From IMG/VR virus record IMGVR_UViG_3300030101_003884: a DNA stretch of 56,623 nt, one strand, 5' to 3'. The translations under genes and the position numbers were made by a program. The notes beneath the pieces are model-generated. The model was not told where the DNA came from. It saw nothing but the letters and a program-made list of their open reading frames with translations, and ran no database searches. Position 1 is the first letter of the stretch, and each line of letters starts with the position of its first letter. Positions 26,974 to 37,519 of the stretch are shown here, piece by piece. The DNA is from an uncultured virus (IMG/VR IMGVR_UViG_3300030101_003884). Its lineage: Duplodnaviria; Heunggongvirae; Uroviricota; Caudoviricetes.

Positions 26974-27513
26974 TTATTTGTTAGTTATTTTTGTTTTTGT
27001 TGCGATGTACACACCAAACAAATCAAAAGGCAGTTCCTTACCGCCTTCAACTTGTTCTCTAACAAAAGCTTTTAAAGTCATTGGTTCTACTTTTTCTTTT
27101 TTGTTATAAGCAAAACCGTTATCTTCACAAACTTTTACTAGTTCCGAGACTTGATTGTCTTGACCTCTGCCGAAAGATGCCGTGATTGTATTTTTAATTA
27201 AATCTTCATGGCCTCTATTTCTTAACCAGCTGAAAGCCTCATCAACTCTTGATTCAGGAATTTTTGCTGCATAGAAGGGTTTTACTTCTACAGTAGAACC
27301 ATCTGCTAACTTCAACAAAGATACACCAGCTTCCTGCATCATCTCTGGAATTACTCTTTCTTCCATATCTCTAGCTTTATGCTTAAGTAATGAAAGTTTT
27401 TCTTCTTCTTGTTCGATTTGTCTATTTAAATCTTTTAAGTGATTGCATTTTTCAGAGATAGATTTAACACTATCTTGACTAATGTCTATATTAGACATTT
27501 TTTCTATATCCAT
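26974..27513 (-). CDS. Conserved replication-module protein
   Basis: AFSWLRNRGHEDLIKN, VEPMTLKAFVRE; GAGGA RBS. Confidence 0.7.
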   Translation of the reverse strand: MDIEKMSNIDISQDSVKSISEKCNHLKDLNRQIEQEEEKLSLLKHKARDMEERVIPEMMQEAGVSLLKLADGSTVEVKPFYAAKIPESRVDEAFSWLRNRGHEDLIKNTITASFGRGQDNQVSELVKVCEDNGFAYNKKEKVEPMTLKAFVREQVEGGKELPFDLFGVYIATKTKITNK

Positions 27514-27582
27514 ATTTTCCTCCTATGCGCTCATAAATTATTTAATTGATCTTTGCAACAAAAAAATATAAAAACTTTTTTG

Positions 27583-29010
27583 ATGTGGATATACCCTTAT
27601 AAAACTTTACCCTACGAACATCAAAGAAACGCATTAAAAGAATCAGCTGAAAAAAATAATTGGGCCTATTTTATGGAAATGGGTACAGGAAAAACAAAAG
27701 TAACTATTGATAATATTGGTTTTTTATTTTTACAAAGAAAAATAGATTCTTGTTTAATTATTGCACCTAAATCTGTGTATTTGAATTGGCAATCTGAAAT
27801 AGAAACTCATATGCCTGATGTTATAAAGTATAGGATATATAGATGGAATATAGATAAACCAAAAGATTATTTTAAATTAAATGAATTTTCTCACCTTAGA
27901 ATCTTTCTAATAAACGTTGAAGCTTTATCAACTAAAAGGGGATTTGAAGGATGTGTTGATTATCTTACTAAAAATAAATCAAACTTTGTAGCACTGGATG
28001 AATCAACCACAATAAAAAACAGACAAGCAAAAAGAACAAAAAACATTTTACAATTAGGAAAATTATCTCATAGAAAGCGAATATTAACAGGATCCCCAAT
28101 AACAAAATCTCCATTGGATCTTTTTACACAATGTCAGTTCTTAAGTCCAGAATTATTAGGTTTTAGTAGTTATTTATCTTTTAGAAATAGATATGCAGAA
28201 ATGACTGATATTCCAGTCGGTTCAGGTAGATTCATATCTGTGCCTAAATATTATAAAAGACTAGAAGAATTAGAGGAAAAAATGAAAGCTTTTGCCACTA
28301 GAATACGAAAAGATCAATGTTTAGATTTAAAACCAAAAGTACGTCAAAAAAGATATATTGAGTTGGAAGGTGAAGGTAAAAAAATATATGATCGTTTAAG
28401 AACTTCAGCACTAGCTATAGTTGAAGATAGCACAATATCATTTTCTAATAAACTCACAGAAATAATTAAATTACATCAAGTATGTAATGGATTTACTAAA
28501 GATGATGATGGTAAAATACTTAAATTACACAAGCAAAAACTTAATGCTCTTGAAGAAACACTGGAAGAAACAGATGGTAAGGTAATTATCTGGGCAAATT
28601 ATTTATATAATATACATGAAATTAAAAATTTTTTAATTGATAAATATGGTAAAGAATCTACAGTATCTATTTATGGAGAAGTTAGCGTTGAAGATAGAAA
28701 AAATGCTGTGGATCGTATACAAAACGATGACAGCTGTCGTTTCCTTATTGCTAATCCTTCTACTGGGGGCTTTGGTCTTACTCTTACCGCTTGTAATACT
28801 GTTATCTATTATTCGAACTCATATAATTTAGAAATCAGAATGCAATCTGAAGATAGAGCGCACAGGCTTGGTCAAAAAGGAACTGTGGTTTATATAGATA
28901 TTGTTGCTAGAAATACATTAGATGAAGCTATTATGAAGTCACTGACTAATAAAGGTAAACTAGCTGCAAAAACATTAGGTGAAGAAGATCTTAAGAATTG
29001 GCTTTTATAA
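27583..29010 (+). CDS. SNF2-family helicase
   Basis: MEMGTGKT, LDES, LTGSP, QSEDRAHRLGQ. Confidence 0.9.
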   Translation: MWIYPYKTLPYEHQRNALKESAEKNNWAYFMEMGTGKTKVTIDNIGFLFLQRKIDSCLIIAPKSVYLNWQSEIETHMPDVIKYRIYRWNIDKPKDYFKLNEFSHLRIFLINVEALSTKRGFEGCVDYLTKNKSNFVALDESTTIKNRQAKRTKNILQLGKLSHRKRILTGSPITKSPLDLFTQCQFLSPELLGFSSYLSFRNRYAEMTDIPVGSGRFISVPKYYKRLEELEEKMKAFATRIRKDQCLDLKPKVRQKRYIELEGEGKKIYDRLRTSALAIVEDSTISFSNKLTEIIKLHQVCNGFTKDDDGKILKLHKQKLNALEETLEETDGKVIIWANYLYNIHEIKNFLIDKYGKESTVSIYGEVSVEDRKNAVDRIQNDDSCRFLIANPSTGGFGLTLTACNTVIYYSNSYNLEIRMQSEDRAHRLGQKGTVVYIDIVARNTLDEAIMKSLTNKGKLAAKTLGEEDLKNWLL

Positions 29011-29659
29011 TATCATTGTATTGTTCAACTCTTATTAAAAATTTGTCCCCGTATTCTTTTAAATCCGATTCATTTAATTTAAATTCTTGATATTGAAGAT
29101 CTCTACTACACATAGATATTACACCTTGTTCAATAGGACCATAGTTTCTTTTGTGTGCTAAATAGTAAGCACCAAGTTGTAATTTGTAATCTTCAACCCA
29201 TTCTTCTTTTTTAGGTTTGTTGGTTTGTTTCCAATCAACAATACTAGGCTTACCGTAGCATATCGCTGTAAGGTCACAAGTTCCTGCAAATCTATTTTCA
29301 AATTCTAAACTTACTTCATTTCCCCAAATCTCTTCTAACTTTATATTGTTTAGAATTGTTTTAGCCATCATTCTTGGCTTACTTCCTTCTTCCATGGCAT
29401 TATAATAACCTTGTCCATTTAAAGTATATTCTAATACTTGATGCATTTCAGTTCCTATAGAAGATGCTTGTTTCATTATTCTATCTGCTTCAGCATCACC
29501 AACACGTCTTCGCCAGTTAGCTAAAAATCTTTTGTCACTTGTTGCTGAAAGAATTGTGGTTACACTTGGCACCTTAATATTATCAACTAAATATTTTCTA
29601 CCATTTGTGTCTGAAAATCTATTATAGTGCTTATAGGGATACTTTTTGATAAGCTTCAT
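28991..29659 (-). CDS. PD-(D/E)XK exonuclease (MGME1/phage exonuclease-like)
   Basis: PSVTTIL, GTEMH, E...AGTCD...VDWK...QLGAY. Confidence 0.85.
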   Translation of the reverse strand: MKLIKKYPYKHYNRFSDTNGRKYLVDNIKVPSVTTILSATSDKRFLANWRRRVGDAEADRIMKQASSIGTEMHQVLEYTLNGQGYYNAMEEGSKPRMMAKTILNNIKLEEIWGNEVSLEFENRFAGTCDLTAICYGKPSIVDWKQTNKPKKEEWVEDYKLQLGAYYLAHKRNYGPIEQGVISMCSRDLQYQEFKLNESDLKEYGDKFLIRVEQYNDIIKANS

Positions 29660-29668
29660 GAATATGTT

Positions 29669-29848
29669 TTAATGCATCATATTCATAAGTAAAGCTAATA
29701 TTATGGCTCCTCCTCCACCCATAATCATTCTTTCTATACGTGTAATTCTTTCTTTCATATCTTTGATCTGTTCAAATGTTTGCTTTTGCATGATTCTGCA
29801 AAGCTTTTCATGATCATCAATTCTTTGATTAGCCGATCTTTTGGGCAT
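29669..29848 (-). CDS. Small coiled-coil protein with C-terminal TM helix (XhlA-like)
   Basis: Manual ORF MPKRSANQRIDDHEKLC...RIERMIMGGGGAIILALLMNMMH. Confidence 0.6.
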   Translation of the reverse strand: MPKRSANQRIDDHEKLCRIMQKQTFEQIKDMKERITRIERMIMGGGGAIILALLMNMMH

Positions 29849-32800
29849 CGTTCCTCCTTGCTATTTCCTGAGATGTTGGATCATTAGGAAACAATGCAGC
29901 TACTTGTTGAGCTCTATTTTGTCCGGTGTTCGGTAGCGTTGGAGCTTCAGGAGGTGTTAAAACTGGACTTTCTAGTTGTAAGTCTCCCATGACTGAAGCA
30001 AACTCCTCTTGATCTCTTTCTGCCTCTTCTCTATCTACTACCGCATTATTTTGTAGTGATCTATCAATCATACCAACTAAATTATTATCTTCTTCAACAC
30101 TACCCGAAGATTTACTAAAATCATTAGCAAATAAAACTTCTTTAACTTTGTTAGGAACATTTTGTTCATACAAAGGTTCAGGTATAGACATGGGTAAGTT
30201 AGACAATTTATCAATTATTTCTGCTTCACTAATATTTTTAGGATCAACTCTAGGTATATCTTTATCTTCTTCACCTAAATAATTTATTAATCTAGCTAAT
30301 GCATCTCTTTTTCTAGTTAAACCTAATTTTAAAGCAGATTCAGTTACAGCTTTTGTTTTACCTAAAATAGTATTTGTCTTTAAAGCATCGACAATTGTAT
30401 TAATACTTCTTCCTGTATAATAATCTCTACCAGGTAAAAAAGTTGCTTTTGGTGTACCTGTTCCTAATTTTTCACCTCTTAAAAGCTTTAGTGTTTCTTC
30501 AGGTAGCAATGCATCGTTCATTGCTCTCAAAGCCACAGGATCTGTAAGTATTTGACCTGCTCTTCTTGTTAATAAAAGAAACGCAGCAGATGCTATTAAA
30601 CCAGCACCTCCAAATGCTAAACCTAAACCACCAACAACTCCGCCACCTAGTGTTAATCTTCTAGCTAAAAATTGTGATGGATCCGATACTTTTGTTTCAC
30701 CAATAGCTTTCATGTATGAAGCAAAATTGTAAAATTCTTCTGCACCTTTATTACCAAGCATATATTGAATTTTTCTTCTACCAGCCTCATCAAATGAATT
30801 TGCAATACCAAAAGATTTCATAAATTTATCTGCACTGAAATCTCCGAACTCATCACCACCAAATTTTAACGCTGTAGTATCAAATATACCGTTGTTTCTT
30901 TTTACAGTTTCAATACTAAAATCATTAAGATTTCTTTTTTGATCTCTTGTCATAACTTTAAGTGTGTCTGTTAAATATGAAGCTCCTGCTCTCACTGATG
31001 CGTCTTCATCAACAAAGTTTAAAACTGATTTAGCACCTGCATCAGCTGGCGCATTAAAAGCTCTTAAAAATTTATTAAAAGCGTATTTTGCTGTAACTGC
31101 TTTAAATAAATCTTTTCCGCCTTCTGTTGCTTTTGAACCTATTTCTCTTGATCCTTCAGCACCAATAAGTTTTTTAAATTGAACTAAAGCATCTACAGAA
31201 TCATTCTCAAATACTTCTCTACCTATATCTTTAAATAATTGATCTCTATATTGTGTTCCAGCTCCTTGAAAACCCTCTAAACTTTTTGCAGTAAATGCAT
31301 TTCTGTCAAATTTTTTTAAACTTTTTACTAGGGGTGACATTTGATAAAAACCTTGCACATCAGCAAATATTTTATTTGCTTTTAATAGTTGATCTTTAAG
31401 TTGTTCTGCTGCTTTTATATTTGTCTGTATATATTGATCTGCTAAATCTTTTCCACTTTGTTGTGTAATTGTATCATAAGTTGCTTTAATACCTTCATCT
31501 TGTAAATATTTAGATGGATTATAAATGTCTTCTCCAAACTTAGCAAAATCTGTTTCCATAGCTTCACGCATTATAAACATATTATCTTTCAAAGTTGCAT
31601 ATCTACTTCCTTCGATTGCATTATTCAACATAGTCATTACACCTTTAAATTGTTTAGGTGTAATCATATTATCTTGTAATTGAATCATTGATTTCATAAA
31701 CATATTTATTGGATCTGATTGCATAGTTAATATTTTATCTATATCAACTTGTTTAACAGGGGCAGCCCCTCTAAAACCAGATAAGTATTCTGAAAATTCA
31801 GGAAACTGTGCTTCACTTTCTTCTAAAAATTCTCTAGCAGCTTTTTGAGTTTTTTCTAATTTAATTATTCTTGGATTACCTGAAGTTGTGACTAAATTAT
31901 CAAAAGTTTTATAAGCGCTATTATATAAATCAGTGTTTTGAATAAATACCTTTTCAGCTTGTTGTCTAACAGCTGCATTTATAGCACTTACTTTGAGTAA
32001 TGGTGCATACGCTTGTAAATCAGATAAGTATCTTTTACCACCTGCAATCTCCGCTTCCGATTTAGCAATCTTACCTACAGGTGCTACTAGTGGAAATACC
32101 CCCATAAATTTAAAATAATTTTTACCAAGTCCAGAAAAAGTACCCTGACCATCTTTTAAAGCAGATAAAAGAGGTAATGGTAAACCTTTATCACGTGCGA
32201 ATGTAGCTAATTCTTTTTGTTTTGGTCCTACTGTTCCAAAACCTTTTCTTATCATTTTACCAAAAGGTCCAAAGATAAATGGAGATAACAAAGAGGCCCC
32301 TGTATTCCACATCAAAGCATTCTTCATTGCTACACCTGCATTAACTAATTGATCTCTTTCAACTTCTCCTTCAGGTATTTCAGATAAATCATCTGCTAAA
32401 GCTGATGCTATTTGTACTCCTGCTTGTTCATTTAAAGTATCATAAGTCAAAGATCCTACTCCTGCACCTGCAGTACCCCCTAATATCGATTGTACTTCTG
32501 TTTTTAATAGTGGTCCTCTATAAGCTCTTGAGAGTGGATCTACTAATTTTCCAACTGCTTTAATAGCACCTCCAAATAATTTAAATCTACCTGGTAATTT
32601 ATCTGCTATCTTTACAGCTTGTTGTGCAAAGTATCCTGGACCCTTACCAAATAGTGTTCCATCTTTTGCAGCTCTAAATATTTTTTTTCTATTATAAACA
32701 TATGGAAAAATACTACCTGTTATATCTCCCGCTAACTCATAAGTCGGCTGTCCAACACCTGTTCCTGCTTTTAAAGGATTTTGTAAAAATTCTTTTTCTC

Positions 32801-32975
32801 TAGCTACTTCTTCTGCAGCACCTTTTCGCATTTCAGACAACTCATTCATGCTTGGTCCTTTTAATTTACCACTTTGTATAAGTGCATCAATAATCATTCT
32901 TTGTTGTTGATTCAACTCATTTGGATTTAGAGTTTTATCATCTAATTTTTTCTGTAATTTATCTAACGTGCTCAT
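29829..32975 (-). CDS. Large internal virion/ejection protein
   Basis: 1048 aa, helical, with hydrophobic Gly/Ala segments; C-terminal LFPND; last gene of structural operon. Confidence 0.65.
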   Translation of the reverse strand: MSTLDKLQKKLDDKTLNPNELNQQQRMIIDALIQSGKLKGPSMNELSEMRKGAAEEVAREKEFLQNPLKAGTGVGQPTYELAGDITGSIFPYVYNRKKIFRAAKDGTLFGKGPGYFAQQAVKIADKLPGRFKLFGGAIKAVGKLVDPLSRAYRGPLLKTEVQSILGGTAGAGVGSLTYDTLNEQAGVQIASALADDLSEIPEGEVERDQLVNAGVAMKNALMWNTGASLLSPFIFGPFGKMIRKGFGTVGPKQKELATFARDKGLPLPLLSALKDGQGTFSGLGKNYFKFMGVFPLVAPVGKIAKSEAEIAGGKRYLSDLQAYAPLLKVSAINAAVRQQAEKVFIQNTDLYNSAYKTFDNLVTTSGNPRIIKLEKTQKAAREFLEESEAQFPEFSEYLSGFRGAAPVKQVDIDKILTMQSDPINMFMKSMIQLQDNMITPKQFKGVMTMLNNAIEGSRYATLKDNMFIMREAMETDFAKFGEDIYNPSKYLQDEGIKATYDTITQQSGKDLADQYIQTNIKAAEQLKDQLLKANKIFADVQGFYQMSPLVKSLKKFDRNAFTAKSLEGFQGAGTQYRDQLFKDIGREVFENDSVDALVQFKKLIGAEGSREIGSKATEGGKDLFKAVTAKYAFNKFLRAFNAPADAGAKSVLNFVDEDASVRAGASYLTDTLKVMTRDQKRNLNDFSIETVKRNNGIFDTTALKFGGDEFGDFSADKFMKSFGIANSFDEAGRRKIQYMLGNKGAEEFYNFASYMKAIGETKVSDPSQFLARRLTLGGGVVGGLGLAFGGAGLIASAAFLLLTRRAGQILTDPVALRAMNDALLPEETLKLLRGEKLGTGTPKATFLPGRDYYTGRSINTIVDALKTNTILGKTKAVTESALKLGLTRKRDALARLINYLGEEDKDIPRVDPKNISEAEIIDKLSNLPMSIPEPLYEQNVPNKVKEVLFANDFSKSSGSVEEDNNLVGMIDRSLQNNAVVDREEAERDQEEFASVMGDLQLESPVLTPPEAPTLPNTGQNRAQQVAALFPNDPTSQEIARRNDAQKIG

Positions 32976-35212
32976 TATTTAAAATACTCCGGTGGAAAAA
33001 TTTTTTCAAAATCTTCTTCTGTCATTTTCCCAATGTTATCAACTAATCTCTTAAACTCTTTACTTTCAAAATCAGTCATAGTGTCAATGGTCGTGGCTTT
33101 AGGCAATAGTCCATAAGCTTTTCTTTCATTTAATAAATATTCCGAAGCTCCACCAGCTCTTTCATATAACCTTTCCTGTTGTTTGATATCATCAAGAATA
33201 GTTTCTGCTGTAGCTGTTAATGATGCAATAACGTTTCTTTCACCTCTTAATAGTGGGAATACTTTAACAAGACCTTTAGCCATCTCAATATCTTTTTGAG
33301 TTAATCTGTCTTTTGCTTTTAATGAGTTTGCTAATTTGTAAACTAACACAGTTTCATTAATAGCTAATCTTTCATAATCAAGTGTGCTACCATCTTTTAA
33401 TCTATTTTTTGCATTATTTATTGCATCATTATAATTTGATTGATAAGAACCCAATCCATCTCTACCATTTAAATATTTTAAGGCGCTAGTAACATCTTTA
33501 AATTCACCAGAGGTTACTAAAGCATTTGCAACTTTCTTTTGCTCAATATTAAACATAGCTTTACCAGCTGATCTCAGTTCTGCTTTACTATCACCACTTA
33601 TACTTGCAAAAGAAAATACATCACCTAACGCCTCTGAAACACGGCCTCCATATAAACCAATCGCACCAGTAACACCCGCTTGGGCACCTCCGGATTCGAT
33701 GATACCTAAACTTCTATTAATTAAATTGACAGCTGCATATTTACCCGCGATACTTTTAGCTAATTCTAGTGTTTCTTTATTAGCATCTGTATTAGGTATA
33801 AAGTTTAAGCTAGGGTCTACTGTCACATAAGTATATAATCCAGTTCTTGGATCTGCTGCTCCAGAAGCTCTTTGTTTTGTACCATCTGCTAAAACTCTAC
33901 CAGGAACATTTACTATTCTTCCTGCTTCATTTGTATATTGTATTACCCCAATCTCTTTAGTGTCAGGCATATCATAGCCTTGGTTTTGTGCTTTTAAAAA
34001 ATCTGTAGAAAATTCTAGTGCTCTACCAAGAAGATTTTGTTCTATTTCATCTTCTTTCATTTTTACCATAACCATATTGTTTACAGCAGGACCTAATGCA
34101 GCTCCGAATACTTCTAAAGCGCCTCCAACTCCTGATCTTTTTGTTGTGCCTGTTAATAAACCAGAAGCAAGATTACTTAAAAAAACAAGATTTGCATTTG
34201 AAGTTCTTCCAACTCTCATTTCTTTTGCTATTTCTTTCGCTAAATCTAATTGTGCTTTGAATGTGGATGTAGCATTTACTGAATCTTGATTTGCAGTTCC
34301 TGTGCCTGTGCCTGTGCCTGTGTCTTTGCCTGTTTCATCTTTTTTATCATCATCATCTTCAGATATGGCAGGTTTTGGTAAATTAGCTTGTTGTCTAGCT
34401 ATCGCACTAGCAGAATCCCCACCTCTACCGCTATCAATATTTACAGCAGCATTTTCTGCTATTTTAGCAGTATCAATAACTTCATCAGTTCCTAATGTTG
34501 TTATGTTATCTGGAGCAGTTGCTATATCTACATTTTTTTCTTGATCAACTCTTAAATTTTGACGACCTGATCCTGGGTTAGGTATTGTAGTTCTTGGTTT
34601 CTTTACTATTTCATCAAGCTTACGTGGATCTATTTTGAACTGTCGGTCAAACATTTCATCATTTAAGTAGCCCTCTGTTCCAAATTGCATCACTTTTGAT
34701 TTATGAGCTGCTCTTTCTTCTGGACTCATATTTTTAATTCTTTCTCTTTCTTTTGAACCTGCATACATAAGATATGTTGGACCTGCTAGAAGAGCTGCAG
34801 AAGTCAAAGCAGGTAAACCTGCTAAGGCAGGTAATGCTCTTGAAGCCGCATAAGCTCCTCCCGTACCAAATGCCATTTGTCCAATTGGATCTTTTATGTT
34901 AAGAGCATCAGCAACTTTCATTCCTGCACCAAAACCAATTATATTAGGTATACCAAATATGTTTCTGCCAAAACTTTTTAAACCTGTTCCAGCTCTTTCC
35001 ATCAACGTTGGTTGATTTCTTAATGCCAATCCAGTGTTATATGTACCTCCAACAGGCACTCCCATAGGACTTCCTTGGTATATTGCAGGCACAGGTGGTC
35101 TATTAGGCCCTATTATACTTCTACCTGTTCTTGCCTTGATAGGTTTAAGATGGCCTTTTCTCAAAGCCTCTCTTCTAAACATGGGTCTATTTAATACTTT
35201 GTTTAAAGACAT
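32975..35212 (-). CDS. Internal virion protein
   Basis: 745 aa; N-terminal VLNRPMFR; position among ejection genes. Confidence 0.6.
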   Translation of the reverse strand: MSLNKVLNRPMFRREALRKGHLKPIKARTGRSIIGPNRPPVPAIYQGSPMGVPVGGTYNTGLALRNQPTLMERAGTGLKSFGRNIFGIPNIIGFGAGMKVADALNIKDPIGQMAFGTGGAYAASRALPALAGLPALTSAALLAGPTYLMYAGSKERERIKNMSPEERAAHKSKVMQFGTEGYLNDEMFDRQFKIDPRKLDEIVKKPRTTIPNPGSGRQNLRVDQEKNVDIATAPDNITTLGTDEVIDTAKIAENAAVNIDSGRGGDSASAIARQQANLPKPAISEDDDDKKDETGKDTGTGTGTGTANQDSVNATSTFKAQLDLAKEIAKEMRVGRTSNANLVFLSNLASGLLTGTTKRSGVGGALEVFGAALGPAVNNMVMVKMKEDEIEQNLLGRALEFSTDFLKAQNQGYDMPDTKEIGVIQYTNEAGRIVNVPGRVLADGTKQRASGAADPRTGLYTYVTVDPSLNFIPNTDANKETLELAKSIAGKYAAVNLINRSLGIIESGGAQAGVTGAIGLYGGRVSEALGDVFSFASISGDSKAELRSAGKAMFNIEQKKVANALVTSGEFKDVTSALKYLNGRDGLGSYQSNYNDAINNAKNRLKDGSTLDYERLAINETVLVYKLANSLKAKDRLTQKDIEMAKGLVKVFPLLRGERNVIASLTATAETILDDIKQQERLYERAGGASEYLLNERKAYGLLPKATTIDTMTDFESKEFKRLVDNIGKMTEEDFEKIFPPEYFK

Positions 35213-35220
35213 TAGACCTC

Positions 35221-36078
35221 CTATTTTGGTATAAATGGATTTTCATTTAAACCTTGATAAGCAGCAAATGCACCAATACCAGTTCCTACTGCTTGAGCCA
35301 AGGGACTAGTTGATGGTTGAGTTCCCATTGTGACTGCTGATTGAGATTTAGGACCAGCAGCATAAAGGTTTGCAAGAAACTCTGCTCTTTGAAATGGTTC
35401 AAATTGTTGTTGTAATGTTGATTGTCTTTGAGCATCGAGTGCTGCTTGTGCTAATTGTCTTTGAACACCACCGGATGCCATCAATTGATTTATATCACCT
35501 TGAGCCATTTGTTGTTGGCCTAAACCTAACTGACCTAACTGTTGACCTGCTTGTAATCCCACTGCTTGTTGTTTTTGAGCTGCACCTAACGCAGTATTAA
35601 AACCTAGAGCTTGTGCTCTGCCCATAGCATCTAACGTTCTGTTTTGTAATTCTGCTTGTTGAACACCTTCTCTACCACCACCAAAAGCTCCTGAGCCAAC
35701 TGCTTGTGCAGCTATTTGGTTTGACATAATTCCAGACTGTCTTGCAATTTCATCTGTCACATATTGTTGATACGGATTTAAAAATTGTGAAATTTGTGAA
35801 GCACCAACAGGGGCAGCTGCTCCTGTGACTTGATTAATACCTGCTTGAACTGTTGGAGCACCAACACCTGTTGTACCAGCTCGTTGCAATGCTTGTTGTT
35901 CTAATGCACCTAAACCAGCAACTTGAATATCAGGTAAATTTATTGGTTGTTGCGCTACTTGACGCGCAATATCCATCAATTCTATTTTTCTTTCTTCAAT
36001 ACCAGGAGCTTCTCTTACAAACTGTGTTTGCGATGATGGTGTTGCTGCTTGTTGTGATCTTCCGCTAAAAAAACTCAT
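35221..36078 (-). CDS. Internal virion / DNA transfer protein
   Basis: Gln/Ala/Gly-rich; FLNPY, GAFGGGR. Confidence 0.65.
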   Translation of the reverse strand: MSFFSGRSQQAATPSSQTQFVREAPGIEERKIELMDIARQVAQQPINLPDIQVAGLGALEQQALQRAGTTGVGAPTVQAGINQVTGAAAPVGASQISQFLNPYQQYVTDEIARQSGIMSNQIAAQAVGSGAFGGGREGVQQAELQNRTLDAMGRAQALGFNTALGAAQKQQAVGLQAGQQLGQLGLGQQQMAQGDINQLMASGGVQRQLAQAALDAQRQSTLQQQFEPFQRAEFLANLYAAGPKSQSAVTMGTQPSTSPLAQAVGTGIGAFAAYQGLNENPFIPK

Positions 36079-36082
36079 AATA

Positions 36083-36547
36083 TTATCCTATCCATTTTTC
36101 TAATTGTACATGTTTCTTTTTCCAACCCCATTTTTTAGATACTCTTTCCCAACCGGGTCTTGCCATAATACTCAATCTTTTGCATTTATTTGTTATTGCA
36201 AAATCTGTGACCGTTTTAATTAAATTATCTTCCCATAACTCTCTTCTTTTTCCTGTACAAATAACAATTTCATATTGATTAAAATTAGGCATGACACCAA
36301 TTCTTCCAATACAAATACCAAATACTTTATTCTCTTCTGATTCATCAGAACCAAACATAATCCAACTTTGCATCATATCTTTTTTTAATTCTTCTCTTAC
36401 CCAAGCAGCATCAGCATATTTTCCTGAATAGTTTAAGGCTTCAGCAACCATAAACTCTGCTAGAGGCCAAAATCTTTCAATATCCTTTGGCTCTAAAGGT
36501 AAAATACTTACTAAAGGTTTAATTGATTTTTTGTTTGCTGTCGCCAT
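36083..36547 (-). CDS. GNAT-like virion assembly protein
   Basis: C...ARPGW motif; position equivalent to T7 gp13-like genes. Confidence 0.5.
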   Translation of the reverse strand: MATANKKSIKPLVSILPLEPKDIERFWPLAEFMVAEALNYSGKYADAAWVREELKKDMMQSWIMFGSDESEENKVFGICIGRIGVMPNFNQYEIVICTGKRRELWEDNLIKTVTDFAITNKCKRLSIMARPGWERVSKKWGWKKKHVQLEKWIG

Positions 36548-37478
36548 TTCTATCCTTTAATAAATCAAATACTCTTTTGTATCTTCTTTGTTGTTCATAG
36601 AAATATTGGGCACCTTTTTCTCTCATATCTTTCATGCTATTTGGATTAGCTCCAGCTATGATTCCAGCACCTAATACTCCATCTGCTCTTGTTACAAACT
36701 CTCCGTCTGCTAATTGAGCTAACATTGTATCCTCGTCTTTATCACCTACTCCTGCCCCATCTTCAACATATCCTAATGCTCTAACATAATTGTTAGAATC
36801 GTTTTCATCGTGAGTCATTTTTGATGGAAGATAGTTTACACCACCTTCATTAAATTTTTTTATTTCTGCAAGTCCACCTGATCTTAATCTTTGTTGAACC
36901 ATAGAATATGGACCTACTCTTTTATCATCTCTACCTTGTTCTTCAGGAGCATAAACTTGTTGATATTCTTTTTCTTGTCCCGTGGTTGGATCAATATAAG
37001 TAAATTTAGGCCTTTTATCTCTTAGAGTAAGATAACTCATGTTATATCCTGGCATAAAAATATCAGTTGGTTGTGGGTCAAAAGCACCGCTTAGATATGT
37101 ACCTGCAGCTAATGCACTTGCAACTCTTGGAGCACTAAATTCTCCAGTTGGAGAACTGTCTTTTTTTAAGAAACGTAATATATTTTGTAAACCAAATTTA
37201 GATTGAGGATCAGCAGCGTTTGATGCTGCTACAGTGGCTAAATCCATACCACCTCCAGCTTGAGTAGCTCTTCCTAAAGTCTCTAATGATCTAATGTTAG
37301 CAAATGATGGGTTTACACCTGTACCTGGGAACATTGATCCTAGATTATAACCACCAAATGCTCCAGCCCCAGCACCTAATATTCTACCTATTCCAGAAGC
37401 TCCTGAATCTTTTGCAGATCTAAATCCTTGTATTGCGCCTAATGCTGCTAAAGCTTGAGGCAAAAATTGTATTGGCAT
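36519..37478 (-). CDS. Virion protein with tape-measure-like C-terminal motif
   Basis: FNEGG...GAGVGDKDEDTMLAQLADGEFVTRADGV. Confidence 0.6.
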   Translation of the reverse strand: MPIQFLPQALAALGAIQGFRSAKDSGASGIGRILGAGAGAFGGYNLGSMFPGTGVNPSFANIRSLETLGRATQAGGGMDLATVAASNAADPQSKFGLQNILRFLKKDSSPTGEFSAPRVASALAAGTYLSGAFDPQPTDIFMPGYNMSYLTLRDKRPKFTYIDPTTGQEKEYQQVYAPEEQGRDDKRVGPYSMVQQRLRSGGLAEIKKFNEGGVNYLPSKMTHDENDSNNYVRALGYVEDGAGVGDKDEDTMLAQLADGEFVTRADGVLGAGIIAGANPNSMKDMREKGAQYFYEQQRRYKRVFDLLKDRNGDSKQKIN

Positions 37479-37519
37479 TAATTCTCCTTTTAAGATCTTA
37501 AATGTAAAATAATACCATT

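Noticed and set aside
29349..29365. ICE-like TTTAGAATTGTTTTAGC in the exonuclease gene
   Set aside because: Right half degenerate and inside coding sequence; expected by chance in AT-rich DNA
34298..34334. CCTGTG tandem repeats
   Set aside because: Encodes a GTGTGT low-complexity linker in the internal virion protein
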